Both the position numbers and the translations under genes were made by a program. A DNA stretch of 46,419 nt from contig JBJTBO010000091.1 of NCBI GenBank assembly GCA_046091445.1, positions 1 through 46,419 of the forward strand, written 5' to 3'. The notes beneath the pieces are model-generated. The model saw nothing but the letters and a program-made list of their open reading frames with translations. It was not told where the DNA came from and ran no database searches. This document shows positions 1 through 10,259 of the stretch, one piece after another. The DNA is from Planctomycetaceae bacterium (lineage in GTDB: Bacteria > Planctomycetota > Planctomycetia > Pirellulales > UBA1268). Each line of letters opens with the position of its first letter. The first letter of the stretch is position 1.

Positions 1-131
1 GGGTCGGCGCTCGTGCACGTGGGGCAGCCACAGCCGACGACCGGCACGCCCACGCTCGTGCCCGTGCCGAGGAACAGCAGGCGTCCCCCCACGTTCCTGC
101 ACCGGGCCGGATCGGGCGGGTGGAGTGCCAT
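1..131 (-). CDS. MBL-fold metallo-hydrolase (PhnP/GPMC-like), N-terminal fragment; gene continues past the left edge
   Basis: Reverse-strand ATG at 131..129 translates to [43 protein letters not shown]. The LxFLGTGTSxGVPxxGCxCxxC N-terminus is typical of this family. Too short to appear in the ORF track. Confidence 0.55.
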   Translation of the reverse strand, partial: MALHPPDPARCRNVGGRLLFLGTGTSVGVPVVGCGCPTCTSAD

Positions 132-386
132 GCGGAATCGAACAGCCTCGGCGTCGGCGTCGGCGGTCCCACCCGGCCGGCGCGAATCCGCAGAGTATCG
201 TGGTCCGCCGGCGGGGTCACCAGTTCATCCGGCGCGCTCGCCTCGCACCGGGCCGGTCGGCCCCGCGCGCTTCCCGATCGCCGTTCGCCTTGACCCCCGC
301 GCGGCTGCCGCGAGACAATTCGGATGTCGCCGTGCTCGGGCCGCATGATCGCGGGTCGTCGGCCCCTCCCGCCCCGCAGATCTTTC

Positions 387-3300
387 ATGGAATTCCTCGA
401 ACGCGTCTGGGAAACTGTCGGGTCAGCCGCCACCGGGGTGGGCGCCCGTGTGGACCGGCTCCTGACCGGTCTTTTCGGCTCCTCCAACGCGCGGCTCCTG
501 CGACGGCTCGAGCCGAAGGTCGAGGCGATCAACTCGCTCGAGCCGCGGCTCGAGGCGATGAGCGACGTCGAACTGCGGGGCCAGACCGAGGACTTCCGGC
601 GGCGGCTCGCGGCGGGAGAGACCCTCGACGACCTGCTGGTCGAGGCGTTCGCCGTCTGCCGTGAGGGAGGCAGGCGGTTTCTCGGGATGCGGCACTACGA
701 CGTGCAGCTGATCGGTGGGATGGTGCTCCACTCGGGCGCCATCGCGGAGATGATCACGGGCGAGGGGAAGACGCTCGTCGCCACCCTTCCGGCCTATCTC
801 AACGCGCTCGAGGGGAAGGGCGTCCACGTCGTCACCGTCAACGACTATCTCGCCCGCCGCGACATGGAGTGGATGGGTCCGCTCTACCTCGGCCTGGGCC
901 TCACCGTCGGGGCGATCCAGTCGGGCATGGAGTCGGCCGAGCGGCAGAAGGCCTACGCCTGCGACATCACCTACGGCACGAACAACGAGTTCGGCTTCGA
1001 CTACCTCCGCGACAACATGCGGATGGCGGCGAGGGGCGACGACCGGTTCCCGAAGCACATGCAGCAGTCGCAGGGACCGCTCACCTTCGCCATCGTGGAC
1101 GAGGTCGACAACATCCTGATCGACGAGGCCCGCACGCCGCTGATCATCTCCGGCCCCGCGCACGACGACGTCGCGAAGTACGCCCGGGCCGACCAGATCG
1201 CGCGGCAGCTCTCCGCGGATCGTCACTTCGAGGTGAAGGAGAAGGAGCACACCGTCGCGCTCGGCGAGGAGGGGGTGCGCACGGCCGAGCGGCTCGCCGG
1301 CGTCGAGAGCTTCTACACCGCCGGCAACATGGAATGGCCACACCTCATCGACAACGCCCTCAAGGCCCACCACCTCTACAAACGTGACGTCAATTACGTC
1401 GTGCAGAACGGCGAGGTGGTGATCGTCGACGAGTTCACGGGCCGCCTCATGCCGGGCCGGCAGTGGTCGGACGGCCTGCACCAGGCGGTCGAGGCGAAGG
1501 AGGGGGTGCGGATCAAGGAGGAGTCGCAGACCCTCGCCACGGTCACGCTGCAGAACTTCTTCAAGCTCTACCGCAAGCTCGGCGGCATGACCGGCACGGC
1601 CATGACCGAGGCGAACGAATTCTGGAAGATCTACAAGCTCGACGTCGTCGCCATTCCGCCGAACCGCGGGCTGCAGCGGGTCAACCATCCCGACGTCATC
1701 TACCGCACCGAGCGGGAGAAGTGGATCGCCGTCGCCGACGAGGTCGAGCGGATCCACCGCGAGGACACGCTCGCGCTCGCGGACGGTGCGTGGCGCGTGG
1801 GCCGGATCGTCGACGAGACTCCCGAGGAGGTCGTCTTCGAGGCGAAGGAGTCACGCGACCGCGAGTCGATCCCGCGCACGCGGATCAAGGAGATCCAGCG
1901 ACGGGGCCTGCCCGTGCTCGTCGGCACGGTGTCGATCGAGAAGAGCGAGCGGCTCTCCGGGCTCCTCGAGAAGCGGGGCATCGATCACCAGGTGCTCAAC
2001 GCGAAGCACCACAAGCGGGAGGCCGAGATCATCGCGCAGGCGGGCCGCCGCGGGGCGGTGACGATCGCCACCAACATGGCCGGCCGCGGCACCGACATCA
2101 TACTCGGCGGCAACCCGGACACGCTCGCGTGGGCCCGGCTCCAGGACACCTATCCCACCCGCCTCGACGTGCCCAAGCAGGAGTGGGACGCGCTGGTGGC
2201 CGAGATCGCCGCCCGCGAGAACATGAAGGTCGAGGGGCAGCAGGTGCGGGAGATGGGGGGCCTGCAGATCATCGGCACCGAGCGGCACGAGGCGCGGCGG
2301 ATCGACCTCCAGCTCCGCGGACGCTGCGGCCGCCAGGGGGACCCGGGCTCGAGCCGGTTCTTCCTGTCGCTCGAGGACGACCTCATGCGCATCTTCGCCG
2401 GCGAGTGGGTGAAGAGCGTGCTCACCCGCCTCGGCATGCAGGATGGCGAAGCCATCGAAAGCCGCATGGTCACCCGCCGCGTCGAGGCCGCGCAGAAGAA
2501 GGTCGAGGAGCGCAACTTCGAGGTGCGGAAAAACCTGCTCGAGTACGACGAGGTGATGGACGAGCAGCGCAAGCGGGTCTACGGCTTCCGCCAACGGATC
2601 CTCGACTTCACCGACGGCGATGCCGACTGCCGCGAGATGATCCTCGAGATGGTCGATCACGAGATCGACCGGCACGTCGGCACGTTCCTCGACAAGGACT
2701 ACGGCGCGCAGACGTTCGCCACGTGGGCCTCCTCGCAGCTCGCCTGCGAGCTCGATCCGACCGACGTCCGCGGCATGACGGCGGGCGAGGCGGAGCGGCT
2801 CGCCGCCGACGAGGCCGTGCGGCAGTCGGAGTCGCAGATCTTCGAGGCGGTGGAGGAGAACCTGCCCTCCGGCGAGGACGAGAGCGAGTGGAACTGGGCC
2901 GCGCTCGCCACCTTCGCCAACGCGCGGTGGAAGGTCTCCGTGAACGATCGCGATCTCAAGCGGGCCGGCCGGGACGGGGTCGCCGAACTTCTCCAGGAGA
3001 AGGCACGTGCGGCCATCGGCCGGATCGACCTCGCCGAGGGTGCCCGCTTCCTCGATCCGGAGTTCGGATTCCGCAGTGCGTGCGGCTGGACGGAGTGGCG
3101 GTTCGGCGTGCGGCTCACCCCCGACGACGTCGCCGCCCTCGAGCGGGTCACGACCGATGTCGACGCGTTCCGGCGGCTGGTGCGCGAGCGGGCGCGGTCG
3201 GCCTACGAGGCCCGCGAGGTGGAGTATCCCGTGATGGTGGGCGTGGCCCACTTCAGCGGCCGCCTGCCCGACGGCTCGCGTGGCATCGACCTCGGCGGAC

Positions 3301-3908
3301 TGCTCACGTGGGCCCGCGAGCGGTTCGGGGCGGAGATCGATCCCGCCGCACTGCCGGCGGGCGACCTCGAGGCGCTCAAGGCGGTCCTCGTCGACGCGAG
3401 CCGCCGCCGTCATGCCCGCGGCGACGACCCGCGGGACGAGATGAAGCGGATGGAGCGGGCGGTGCTGCTCCAGATCCTCGACAACTCGTGGAAGGATCAC
3501 CTCCTGGCGATGGACCACCTGCGGGCCAGCGTCGGCCTGCGAGGCTATGCGCAGGTCGATCCGAAGGTCGAGTACAAGCGCGAGGGCATGCGCACGTTCG
3601 ACCTCATGTGGAAGGGGATCGAGGAGCGGGTGGTGGACATCGTCTACCGCATCGAGCAGGTCGAGGACGAGGCCCTGCGGAGCACCTGGCGGGAGACGGC
3701 GGCGATCCATGCGGAGGCGGCGCCCGCGGTGCCGGCGGGCCCGGCGACGACCGTCGATGCCGTGCAGGAGTCGGGCAACGAGCCGGGGGCGACCGAGCCG
3801 ATCCGCAACGTCGGCCGCAAGGTCGGCCGTAACGACCCCTGTCCCTGCGGCAGCGGCCGGAAGTTCAAGAACTGCTGCGGCAAGTCGAGCGGCGTCGCGG
3901 CGGGCTGA
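387..3908 (+). CDS. secA: Preprotein translocase ATPase SecA (long form, about 1173 aa)
   Basis: Walker A region MxTGEGKTLVATLP, DEVDxILIDEARTPLIIS, TNMAGRGTDI, and the C-terminal zinc motif CPCGSGRKFKNCCG. Start chosen at the in-frame ATG 387 (MEFLERVW...), not the ORF-track 324. Confidence 0.97.
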   Translation: MEFLERVWETVGSAATGVGARVDRLLTGLFGSSNARLLRRLEPKVEAINSLEPRLEAMSDVELRGQTEDFRRRLAAGETLDDLLVEAFAVCREGGRRFLGMRHYDVQLIGGMVLHSGAIAEMITGEGKTLVATLPAYLNALEGKGVHVVTVNDYLARRDMEWMGPLYLGLGLTVGAIQSGMESAERQKAYACDITYGTNNEFGFDYLRDNMRMAARGDDRFPKHMQQSQGPLTFAIVDEVDNILIDEARTPLIISGPAHDDVAKYARADQIARQLSADRHFEVKEKEHTVALGEEGVRTAERLAGVESFYTAGNMEWPHLIDNALKAHHLYKRDVNYVVQNGEVVIVDEFTGRLMPGRQWSDGLHQAVEAKEGVRIKEESQTLATVTLQNFFKLYRKLGGMTGTAMTEANEFWKIYKLDVVAIPPNRGLQRVNHPDVIYRTEREKWIAVADEVERIHREDTLALADGAWRVGRIVDETPEEVVFEAKESRDRESIPRTRIKEIQRRGLPVLVGTVSIEKSERLSGLLEKRGIDHQVLNAKHHKREAEIIAQAGRRGAVTIATNMAGRGTDIILGGNPDTLAWARLQDTYPTRLDVPKQEWDALVAEIAARENMKVEGQQVREMGGLQIIGTERHEARRIDLQLRGRCGRQGDPGSSRFFLSLEDDLMRIFAGEWVKSVLTRLGMQDGEAIESRMVTRRVEAAQKKVEERNFEVRKNLLEYDEVMDEQRKRVYGFRQRILDFTDGDADCREMILEMVDHEIDRHVGTFLDKDYGAQTFATWASSQLACELDPTDVRGMTAGEAERLAADEAVRQSESQIFEAVEENLPSGEDESEWNWAALATFANARWKVSVNDRDLKRAGRDGVAELLQEKARAAIGRIDLAEGARFLDPEFGFRSACGWTEWRFGVRLTPDDVAALERVTTDVDAFRRLVRERARSAYEAREVEYPVMVGVAHFSGRLPDGSRGIDLGGLLTWARERFGAEIDPAALPAGDLEALKAVLVDASRRRHARGDDPRDEMKRMERAVLLQILDNSWKDHLLAMDHLRASVGLRGYAQVDPKVEYKREGMRTFDLMWKGIEERVVDIVYRIEQVEDEALRSTWRETAAIHAEAAPAVPAGPATTVDAVQESGNEPGATEPIRNVGRKVGRNDPCPCGSGRKFKNCCGKSSGVAAG

Positions 3909-3949
3909 GGGGTGGCACCGCCACGTCGGATCACCGTCCGCGCACTCGC

Positions 3950-5245
3950 ATGATGCTCGACGTCGCCTACCTGCTGCTGGCGACCGTCGCGCTGCCCTGG
4001 GTGGTCTGGCGGCGGCTTTCGGGCCGCCGCCCCGTCGCGGCGCCCTGGGCCAGGTTGCGCGGTGACGTCGGCGGCCTCGCGTCCGCCCAGGACGCCCCGC
4101 GCATCTGGATGCACGGCGTGAGTGTCGGCGAGGTGCAGCTGCTCGCCGTGCTCGCCGCCGAGATCCGCCGTCTGGCGACGGACGGCGGACGCGTCCCCGA
4201 CCTCGTGGTGTCGAGCTCGACCACCACCGGGCTCGAGCTGGCAGCCGCGCGGTTCGGCGTGGACCGTGCCTTCCCCTGTCCGCTCGACTTCTCGTGGGCG
4301 GTGTCCCGCGCGCTCGAGCGCGTGCGGCCCGACCTGCTCGTCCTCGGCGAGCTCGAGCTCTGGCCCAATCTCCTGGCCGCCGCGACACGGCTGCAGGTGC
4401 CCGTGGTCGTGGTCAACGGTCGCCTCAGCGGCCGCAGTGCCGCCGGCTACGCGCGGATCGCTCCCGTGGCGCGCCGCATGCTCGGGCAGGTGGCGCTCGT
4501 CGCCGCGAGGTCGGAGGTCGATGCCGAGCGCTTCCGCTCACTAGGCGCCCGGGAGGTCGTGGTGACCGGCTCGCTCAAGTTCGACGGCGTGCGCGGCGAC
4601 CGCCGGGCGGCGGAGGTGGAAAGGCTCGCCCGACTCGCCGGCTTCCGCGACGAGGATCCGGTGTTTCTGGCGGGCAGCACGCAGGAGCCGGAGGAGCGGC
4701 TCGCGGCCGAGGCGTTCCTCGCGCTCCGCGAGACGCATCCCGGGCTGCGGCTGGTGATCGTGCCACGGCACGTCGAACGCAGCGACGACATCGCCGCGCT
4801 CCTCGAGCGCCGCGGGCTGCGCGTTCAGCGTCGCAGCCGGCTGGAGGCGGAGGGCGCCGACCCGGCGGCGCGCGTGCTCCTGGTCGACACGACCGGCGAA
4901 CTCGCCTGGTGGTGGGGGACGGCGACGGTGGCCTTCGTGGGCGGCAGCCTCGACGGCAGGCGCGGCGGGCAGAACATGCTCGAACCGGCGGCGTACGGAG
5001 CCGCCGTGGCGTTCGGCCCGCACACCAGAAACTTCCGCGACGAGGTGCGGCGCCTGCTCGACGCCGATGCGGCCTGCGTCGTGGAGGATGGCTCCGCCCT
5101 GACCGCCTTCGTGGCCCGCTGCCTCGGGGAACCCGCATGGGCGGAGGCCCTCGGTCGGCGCGCGCCGACGCTCGTCGCGTCCCCACGGGGCCCGACCTCG
5201 GCCACCGCGCGACTGGTGCTCGATCGACTGCCGAAGCCGACGTGA
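3950..5245 (+). CDS. waaA: 3-deoxy-D-manno-octulosonic acid (Kdo) transferase
   Basis: N-terminal membrane anchor, then HGVSVGE, ELWPNLL, NGRLSxRSAAGYA, VTGSLKFD and VPRHxER. These are collinear with the E. coli WaaA/KdtA motifs. Confidence 0.9.
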   Translation: MMLDVAYLLLATVALPWVVWRRLSGRRPVAAPWARLRGDVGGLASAQDAPRIWMHGVSVGEVQLLAVLAAEIRRLATDGGRVPDLVVSSSTTTGLELAAARFGVDRAFPCPLDFSWAVSRALERVRPDLLVLGELELWPNLLAAATRLQVPVVVVNGRLSGRSAAGYARIAPVARRMLGQVALVAARSEVDAERFRSLGAREVVVTGSLKFDGVRGDRRAAEVERLARLAGFRDEDPVFLAGSTQEPEERLAAEAFLALRETHPGLRLVIVPRHVERSDDIAALLERRGLRVQRRSRLEAEGADPAARVLLVDTTGELAWWWGTATVAFVGGSLDGRRGGQNMLEPAAYGAAVAFGPHTRNFRDEVRRLLDADAACVVEDGSALTAFVARCLGEPAWAEALGRRAPTLVASPRGPTSATARLVLDRLPKPT

Positions 5246-5377
5246 CCTGCGGTCAGGGCCGAACCCGGGCCGCGTGTCGATCCGGTTGCTGCTCCGGCCG
5301 TTCCGATCAATAATCCGGGCCGCGACGGGGCACGACGCTCCGGCGACCCACTTCGATCCAGACGCGAGGCACCCACC

Positions 5378-6556
<1,179 letters not shown>

Positions 6557-6633
6557 CGCGGCGGAGGCCGGACGCAGCCACGCCTGCCGGAGCGAACGGT
6601 CGGCGACGGGTCCCGGTCGATGGCAGCGCGACC

Positions 6634-7500
6634 ATGAACGCCAGACGGCTCAGCGACGATCTCGTCCGGGGACCGACGGCCGGCGTCCGTCCGCCCCGCG
6701 GCATTGCCCGCTGGCTTGAGCGCACGGCACCCGACCGCTGCGGTGTCCTCCTGAGGCGCGGCGTCGCGGTGATCGCCGGCGGCGGCCTGCTCGTCATCGG
6801 CGTCGTGCTTCTCGTGCGGCTGGCATCCGGCGCCCGCACGCCACCGCCGCCGGCGCTCGTGCTCCTGGCGGGCCTCGCGACCTGCGCGCTCCTCGGCGTG
6901 GCCGATGCGGCCGCATCGCCATCCGGATGGTGGCTCGCGTCGGTGGCCGGCCGAGTCGGACTGATCGTGACCGTCGGAGCTCTCGTCACGGCACCGCGGC
7001 AGGCCGGTGCCGCCGACTGGGCGGCGCGCGGAGTCGTCCTCGCGGCCGCGATGGCGGCCCTGATCGGATGGCGCACGCGCCCCGCCTCTGACGCGCCGCG
7101 CGGCGCGTTCGCGCGATCCGCCCATGCACGCGCGCGTTCCCGGTCCGACCGCGGCCGCCACGCGGGCGCACGGCGGCCGCCCGGAGCCCTCCGCCAACGG
7201 CTCGAGCGCTACGAGCGGGTGGACGGAACCGACTTCCTGCGGGGCACGATCGTGGTGCAGATTCCCGCGGGTGCGAAGGCCGGGCACGGACATGTCGGCT
7301 TCTGCCCGTCGTTCGCGGCGCTCCCGACCGTGCAGGTGTCCACACCCTACGACGGCGTCGATGCCACGGTGAACGCGGCCGAAATCCTGCCCTGGGGGGT
7401 GCGGATCGAGTGTCGGCTGGCGGACCCCGCCGAGGAGCGCGTGGAGATTCCCGTCACGGTCTCCGCCAGTCTCGCGCCGACGTCGATCGCGCTTCCCTGA
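6634..7500 (+). CDS. Hypothetical polytopic membrane protein with a C-terminal soluble (beta-rich) domain
   Basis: About four hydrophobic helices (GVAVIAGGGLLVIGVVLLV, ALVLLAGLATCALLGV, VGLIVTVGALV, VVLAAAMAALIGW). Third-position GC is very high in this frame. The opposite-strand 376-aa ORF is R/G/D-rich shadow sequence. Confidence 0.6.
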   Translation: MNARRLSDDLVRGPTAGVRPPRGIARWLERTAPDRCGVLLRRGVAVIAGGGLLVIGVVLLVRLASGARTPPPPALVLLAGLATCALLGVADAAASPSGWWLASVAGRVGLIVTVGALVTAPRQAGAADWAARGVVLAAAMAALIGWRTRPASDAPRGAFARSAHARARSRSDRGRHAGARRPPGALRQRLERYERVDGTDFLRGTIVVQIPAGAKAGHGHVGFCPSFAALPTVQVSTPYDGVDATVNAAEILPWGVRIECRLADPAEERVEIPVTVSASLAPTSIALP

Positions 7501-7531
7501 TCGCCCGTGGCGTGCGACACTCGGCGACGAG

Positions 7532-7642
7532 ATGGCACGCTGGCCGCGGCACCTGTGGACGACGCTCTTCACCTACGGAGTGATCTTCGTCGGCTTTCCC
7601 CTGCTGTGCGTGCTTCTGTGGTCATGGGTGCGTGGCCGGTAG
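7532..7642 (+). CDS. Candidate small single-pass membrane protein (36 aa), not in the ORF track
   Basis: ATG 7532 to TAG 7640-7642 encodes MARWPRHLWTTLFTYGVIFVGFPLLCVLLWSWVRGR: a basic N-terminus, a 22-residue hydrophobic core and a basic C-terminus. GC3 is about 83%, like the real genes here. It is co-oriented and tightly packed between 6634..7500 and 7685..8767. Confidence 0.4.
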   Translation: MARWPRHLWTTLFTYGVIFVGFPLLCVLLWSWVRGR

Positions 7643-7684
7643 GTCCGGGCGCTGGCGGGGCCCACGAAGGAGAGCAGACACGCG

Positions 7685-8767
7685 ATGCTGCACGCGATCG
7701 TCATGGCGGGTGGAGCCGGCACGCGGTTCTGGCCCGCGAGCCGTGTCGGGCTGCCGAAGCAGCTCCTGCCGCTGGCCGGTGAACGGAGCCTGCTCGAGGA
7801 CACGGTCGAGCGGCTGGACGGCCTGGTCCCGCCGGAGCGCATGCTGATCGTCACCTCGGCGCGGCTGCTCGACGCCGCTTGCCACCAGCTCCCTCAGGTG
7901 CCATCCCACGGGCTCGTGGGCGAACCGTGCAAGCGTGACACCGCCCCCTGCATCGGGCTGGCGGCGCTGCTCGTCTCGCGCACCGATCCCGACGCCACCA
8001 TGGCGGTCATGCCCTCGGATCACGTGATCGGGCCGGTCGAGCGATTCCAGGCGGCGATCCGGCAGGCCGCCGCGCTCGTCGACGCCACACCCGAGCGGCT
8101 CGTCACGTTCGGCATCCGGCCCACCCATCCCGCCGAGGGCTTCGGCTACATCCAGCCGGGGCCGCGCCTGAGCACGGGGCCGCAGGACGCGGCGGCGCAT
8201 CGCGTGGCGAGCTTTCGCGAGAAGCCTCCGGCCGCCGTCGCACGCGAATATGTCGCCGCGGGCACGTATCTCTGGAATGCGGGCATCTTCGTCTGGCGGG
8301 CGGCGACGATCCTCGCGGCGCTCGAGGCACGCCAGCCCGAGTGCCTGGAGCGCCTGCGCCGCATCGCGGCCGCCTGGGACACGCCGGAGCGCGACGTCGT
8401 CTTCGCGACCGAGTTTGCGGCGATCCGCGGAATCTCGATCGACTACGCGGTGCTCGAATCCGCCCCCGACGTCGTGGTGATCGAAGCCCCGTTCTCCTGG
8501 GACGACCTGGGCGGGTGGTCGGCGGTGGCCCGCCAGCGCGGCTCCGATGCGGACGGCAACACCGTCGTGGGCCGGCATCTGGGCATCGGTTCGAAGGGCA
8601 CGATCGTCCATGCCGCCGGCGATCACCTGGTCGTCACGCTGGGCCTCGAGAATATGCTGGTGGTGCATACGCCGGACGCCACGCTCGTCGCCGACCGCGC
8701 CCATGAAGAGGCGGTGAAGAAGGTCGTCGCGGAGCTCGAGTCCCGAGGCTGGACCCAGTACCTGTGA
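7685..8767 (+). CDS. Mannose-1-phosphate guanylyltransferase (nucleotidyltransferase domain only)
   Basis: N-terminal AIVMAGGxGTRFWPxSRxxxPKQLLPL signature, with F(G)I.P..P..GFGYI further in. GAAGGAG lies about 10 nt upstream of the ATG. Confidence 0.85.
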   Translation: MLHAIVMAGGAGTRFWPASRVGLPKQLLPLAGERSLLEDTVERLDGLVPPERMLIVTSARLLDAACHQLPQVPSHGLVGEPCKRDTAPCIGLAALLVSRTDPDATMAVMPSDHVIGPVERFQAAIRQAAALVDATPERLVTFGIRPTHPAEGFGYIQPGPRLSTGPQDAAAHRVASFREKPPAAVAREYVAAGTYLWNAGIFVWRAATILAALEARQPECLERLRRIAAAWDTPERDVVFATEFAAIRGISIDYAVLESAPDVVVIEAPFSWDDLGGWSAVARQRGSDADGNTVVGRHLGIGSKGTIVHAAGDHLVVTLGLENMLVVHTPDATLVADRAHEEAVKKVVAELESRGWTQYL

Positions 8768-9783
8768 TCACGATCTCCTTCCGGCGGACCGCTCGCTGGC
8801 TGCGCATGGCGTTGACGCCGTTCATGCTGTTCATGCTGTTCATGGCGTTCATGGCGACGGCGGCCGTCGGGGCCGATGCCCCAGTGCAGCCCGCCTCCGT
8901 GCCGTGGATCGAGCGCGTGCGAAGGGCCCGCGAGGCGCTCGAATGGACGGACGAGATCGTCCGGCACGACTGGCGGCTCCAGCGCCATGCGGGGGATGAT
9001 TCGTACCGCATCGTCGATCCGGACGAACGGGTCGTGCACCGGGGCTCGGCGGCGGAGTGCCGCGACGCCTTCCGGACGCTCGAGCAGGAGGGGACCGTGC
9101 CCGCCCTGCGCGGCCCTACCACGATCCTGCTCCACGGCCTGGGCGAGGGCCGGGATTCGATGCAGCCGCTGGCGGACCATCTGCGGACGCGGATCGACGG
9201 CTCGGTCGTGAGCTTCGGCTACGCCAGCGTGCGGGCCGACATCGACGCGCACGCCCGGGCCCTCGGGGACGTCGTCGCGGGCCTGCCCGCGGACGGCCTG
9301 CGGTTCGTCGGGCACTCGCTGGGCAACCTCGTCGTGCGCCGCTGGATGGCGCTGGCGGACACGGCCGATCTCGCACGCACGCACCGCGTCGTCATGCTCG
9401 GTCCGCCGAACCAGGGGTCCGATCTGGCACGGATGGTCTCGCGGGTGCGGCTGATCGCCGATCGCGCGGAGGGTGCGGCCCGGGATCTGGTGGTCGACTG
9501 GCCCCGCGTCGCGCCCACGCTCGCCCTGCCCTCCTGCCCGTTCGGGATCGTCGCCGGTGGCTGCGGGGACGAGCACGGGTTCAGCCCGCTCCTACCGGGA
9601 GACGACGACGCGGTCGTGCGCGTGGACGAGACGCGGCTTCCGGGCGCGGCCGATTTTCTGCTGGTGCCGGTGCGCCACGCGGCGATGATGCGGCACGACG
9701 CCGTTCAGCGGGCGACCGTCGCCTTCCTCCGCACCGGGCGGTTCGAGCCGACCGACGCCGTCCCGACGGACGACGCGCCATGA
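8764..9783 (+). CDS. Secreted alpha/beta hydrolase (lipase/esterase-like)
   Basis: Hydrophobic signal-like N-terminus, ILLHGLGEG and the canonical nucleophile elbow GHSLGN. GTG 8764 overlaps the upstream stop (GTGA). An alternative start is ATG 8806. Confidence 0.75.
   Translation: MITISFRRTARWLRMALTPFMLFMLFMAFMATAAVGADAPVQPASVPWIERVRRAREALEWTDEIVRHDWRLQRHAGDDSYRIVDPDERVVHRGSAAECRDAFRTLEQEGTVPALRGPTTILLHGLGEGRDSMQPLADHLRTRIDGSVVSFGYASVRADIDAHARALGDVVAGLPADGLRFVGHSLGNLVVRRWMALADTADLARTHRVVMLGPPNQGSDLARMVSRVRLIADRAEGAARDLVVDWPRVAPTLALPSCPFGIVAGGCGDEHGFSPLLPGDDDAVVRVDETRLPGAADFLLVPVRHAAMMRHDAVQRATVAFLRTGRFEPTDAVPTDDAP
8821..8856. repeat. 4 x 9-bp in-frame tandem repeat (TTCATGCTG x2, TTCATGGCG x2)
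   Basis: Read directly from the sequence. It encodes FML-FML-FMA-FMA inside the predicted signal peptide of the 8764..9783 hydrolase. Confidence 0.9.
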
Positions 9784-10259
9784 CCTCCGCGGCGCCGCCG
9801 CCCGCCGGCCGTGTGGCCGGAATCGACTACGGTCGCAGACGCATCGGCGTCGCCGTGTGTGACGCCGAACGCATCCTCGCCAGTCCGCTCTGCGTGCGCG
9901 AGACCACCGGAGACCGGGTGGCCGACGGCCGCTTCTTCCAGGCGCTCGTGGCCGAGGAATCACTCGTCGGCTTCGTCATCGGCCTGCCGATCCACGCCGA
10001 CGGGCAGGCCAGCGCCATGTCGCAGGAGGTGGGACGCTTCGGCGACTGGCTGGCACGCACCACCGGACTGCCCGTGGCGTTCCATGACGAGCGCTACAGC
10101 TCCCGTGAAGCCGCCGGACTGCTTTCCGGCATCGGCCTCTCCCGCGGCCGCAAGAAGGAGCGATCCGACGCGGTCGCCGCCCAGGTGATCCTCGCCTCGT
10201 GGATCGACGTCGCGCGCACCGGCCGTGCGGGACGCCGCCCGGAGTCGCTCGACGGATGA
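9780..10259 (+). CDS. ruvX: Putative pre-16S rRNA nuclease / Holliday junction resolvase-like YqgF
   Basis: GIDYGxRRIGVAVCD N-terminus and DERxSS motif, 160 aa. ATG 9780 overlaps the upstream TGA (ATGA). The upstream part of ORF 9057..10259 is shadow sequence. Confidence 0.9.
   Translation: MTSAAPPPAGRVAGIDYGRRRIGVAVCDAERILASPLCVRETTGDRVADGRFFQALVAEESLVGFVIGLPIHADGQASAMSQEVGRFGDWLARTTGLPVAFHDERYSSREAAGLLSGIGLSRGRKKERSDAVAAQVILASWIDVARTGRAGRRPESLDG

Noticed and set aside
5246-5377. Possible SAM-type riboswitch in the 132-nt leader of metK
   Set aside because: metK is a common riboswitch target, so I looked for one. I could not match the SAM-I, SAM-II, SAM-IV or SAM/SAH core sequences or a convincing pseudoknot by eye. 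An Infernal scan against Rfam would be decisive.
8821-8856. The tandem repeats here and at 25241..25446 as a possible CRISPR or minisatellite array
   Set aside because: The units are contiguous with no spacers, only 9 or 24 bp long, in frame and inside coding genes. No cas genes are present.
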